Below, piece by piece: positions 63,905 to 64,000 of a stretch of DNA of 64,000 bases (the first letter of the stretch is position 1; each line of letters starts with the position of its first letter). Source of the DNA: Lytechinus pictus. Its lineage: Eukaryota. The position numbers and the translations under genes are program-made. The stretch lies in NCBI RefSeq assembly GCF_037042905.1, contig NC_087246.1, forward strand, positions 12,834,001 through 12,898,000. Reading direction: 5' to 3'. The notes under the pieces are model-generated. The model was not told the DNA's origin and ran no database searches. It saw only the letters and a program-made list of their open reading frames with translations.

Positions 63905-64000
63905 AGGGATGGTCCGGGCTGAAAATATTTATAGCTCAATAAATAGAGTAGAACTCACTGAGCAAAATACCGAAAATTTAATCAAAATCGGATAACAAGT
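63905..64000. mobile_element. Left end of Kolobok-like MITE (runs off window)
   Basis: ttaa|AGGGATGGTCCGGGCTGAAAAT, similar to 21682. Confidence 0.75.

Overview
AT-rich, repeat-dense eukaryotic genomic DNA. The repeat landscape suggests a marine invertebrate, most likely an echinoderm such as a sea urchin (inference). Almost all ORF-track entries are spurious. Positions 1-27300 appear intergenic and contain MITEs, tRNA-derived SINEs, a LINE remnant, microsatellites and a 130-N gap. Positions ~27.3-59.7 kb hold a minus-strand gene that I assembled by hand from 20 phase-consistent GT-AG exons (1532 coding nt, ~510 aa; the first coding exon was not found). It encodes a CAF1/PARN-family DEDDh nuclease with a C-terminal hydrophobic tail, i.e. 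PNLDC1/Trimmer, the pre-piRNA 3' trimming enzyme. One intron is expanded to 12.4 kb by an 11,001-bp DNA transposon with intact ends (43469-54469), inserted antisense to the host gene. The element has an AATT TSD, 27-bp TIRs, arrays of an 18-bp subterminal motif, and a DDD transposase of Sola1 type. The transposase gene is spliced, carries an unusual N-terminal beta-rich module plus a Cys/His finger, and is interrupted by one stop and three frameshifts. A piggyBac-type deletion derivative is nested inside the element, and a Sola-like MITE lies about 0.2 kb away.
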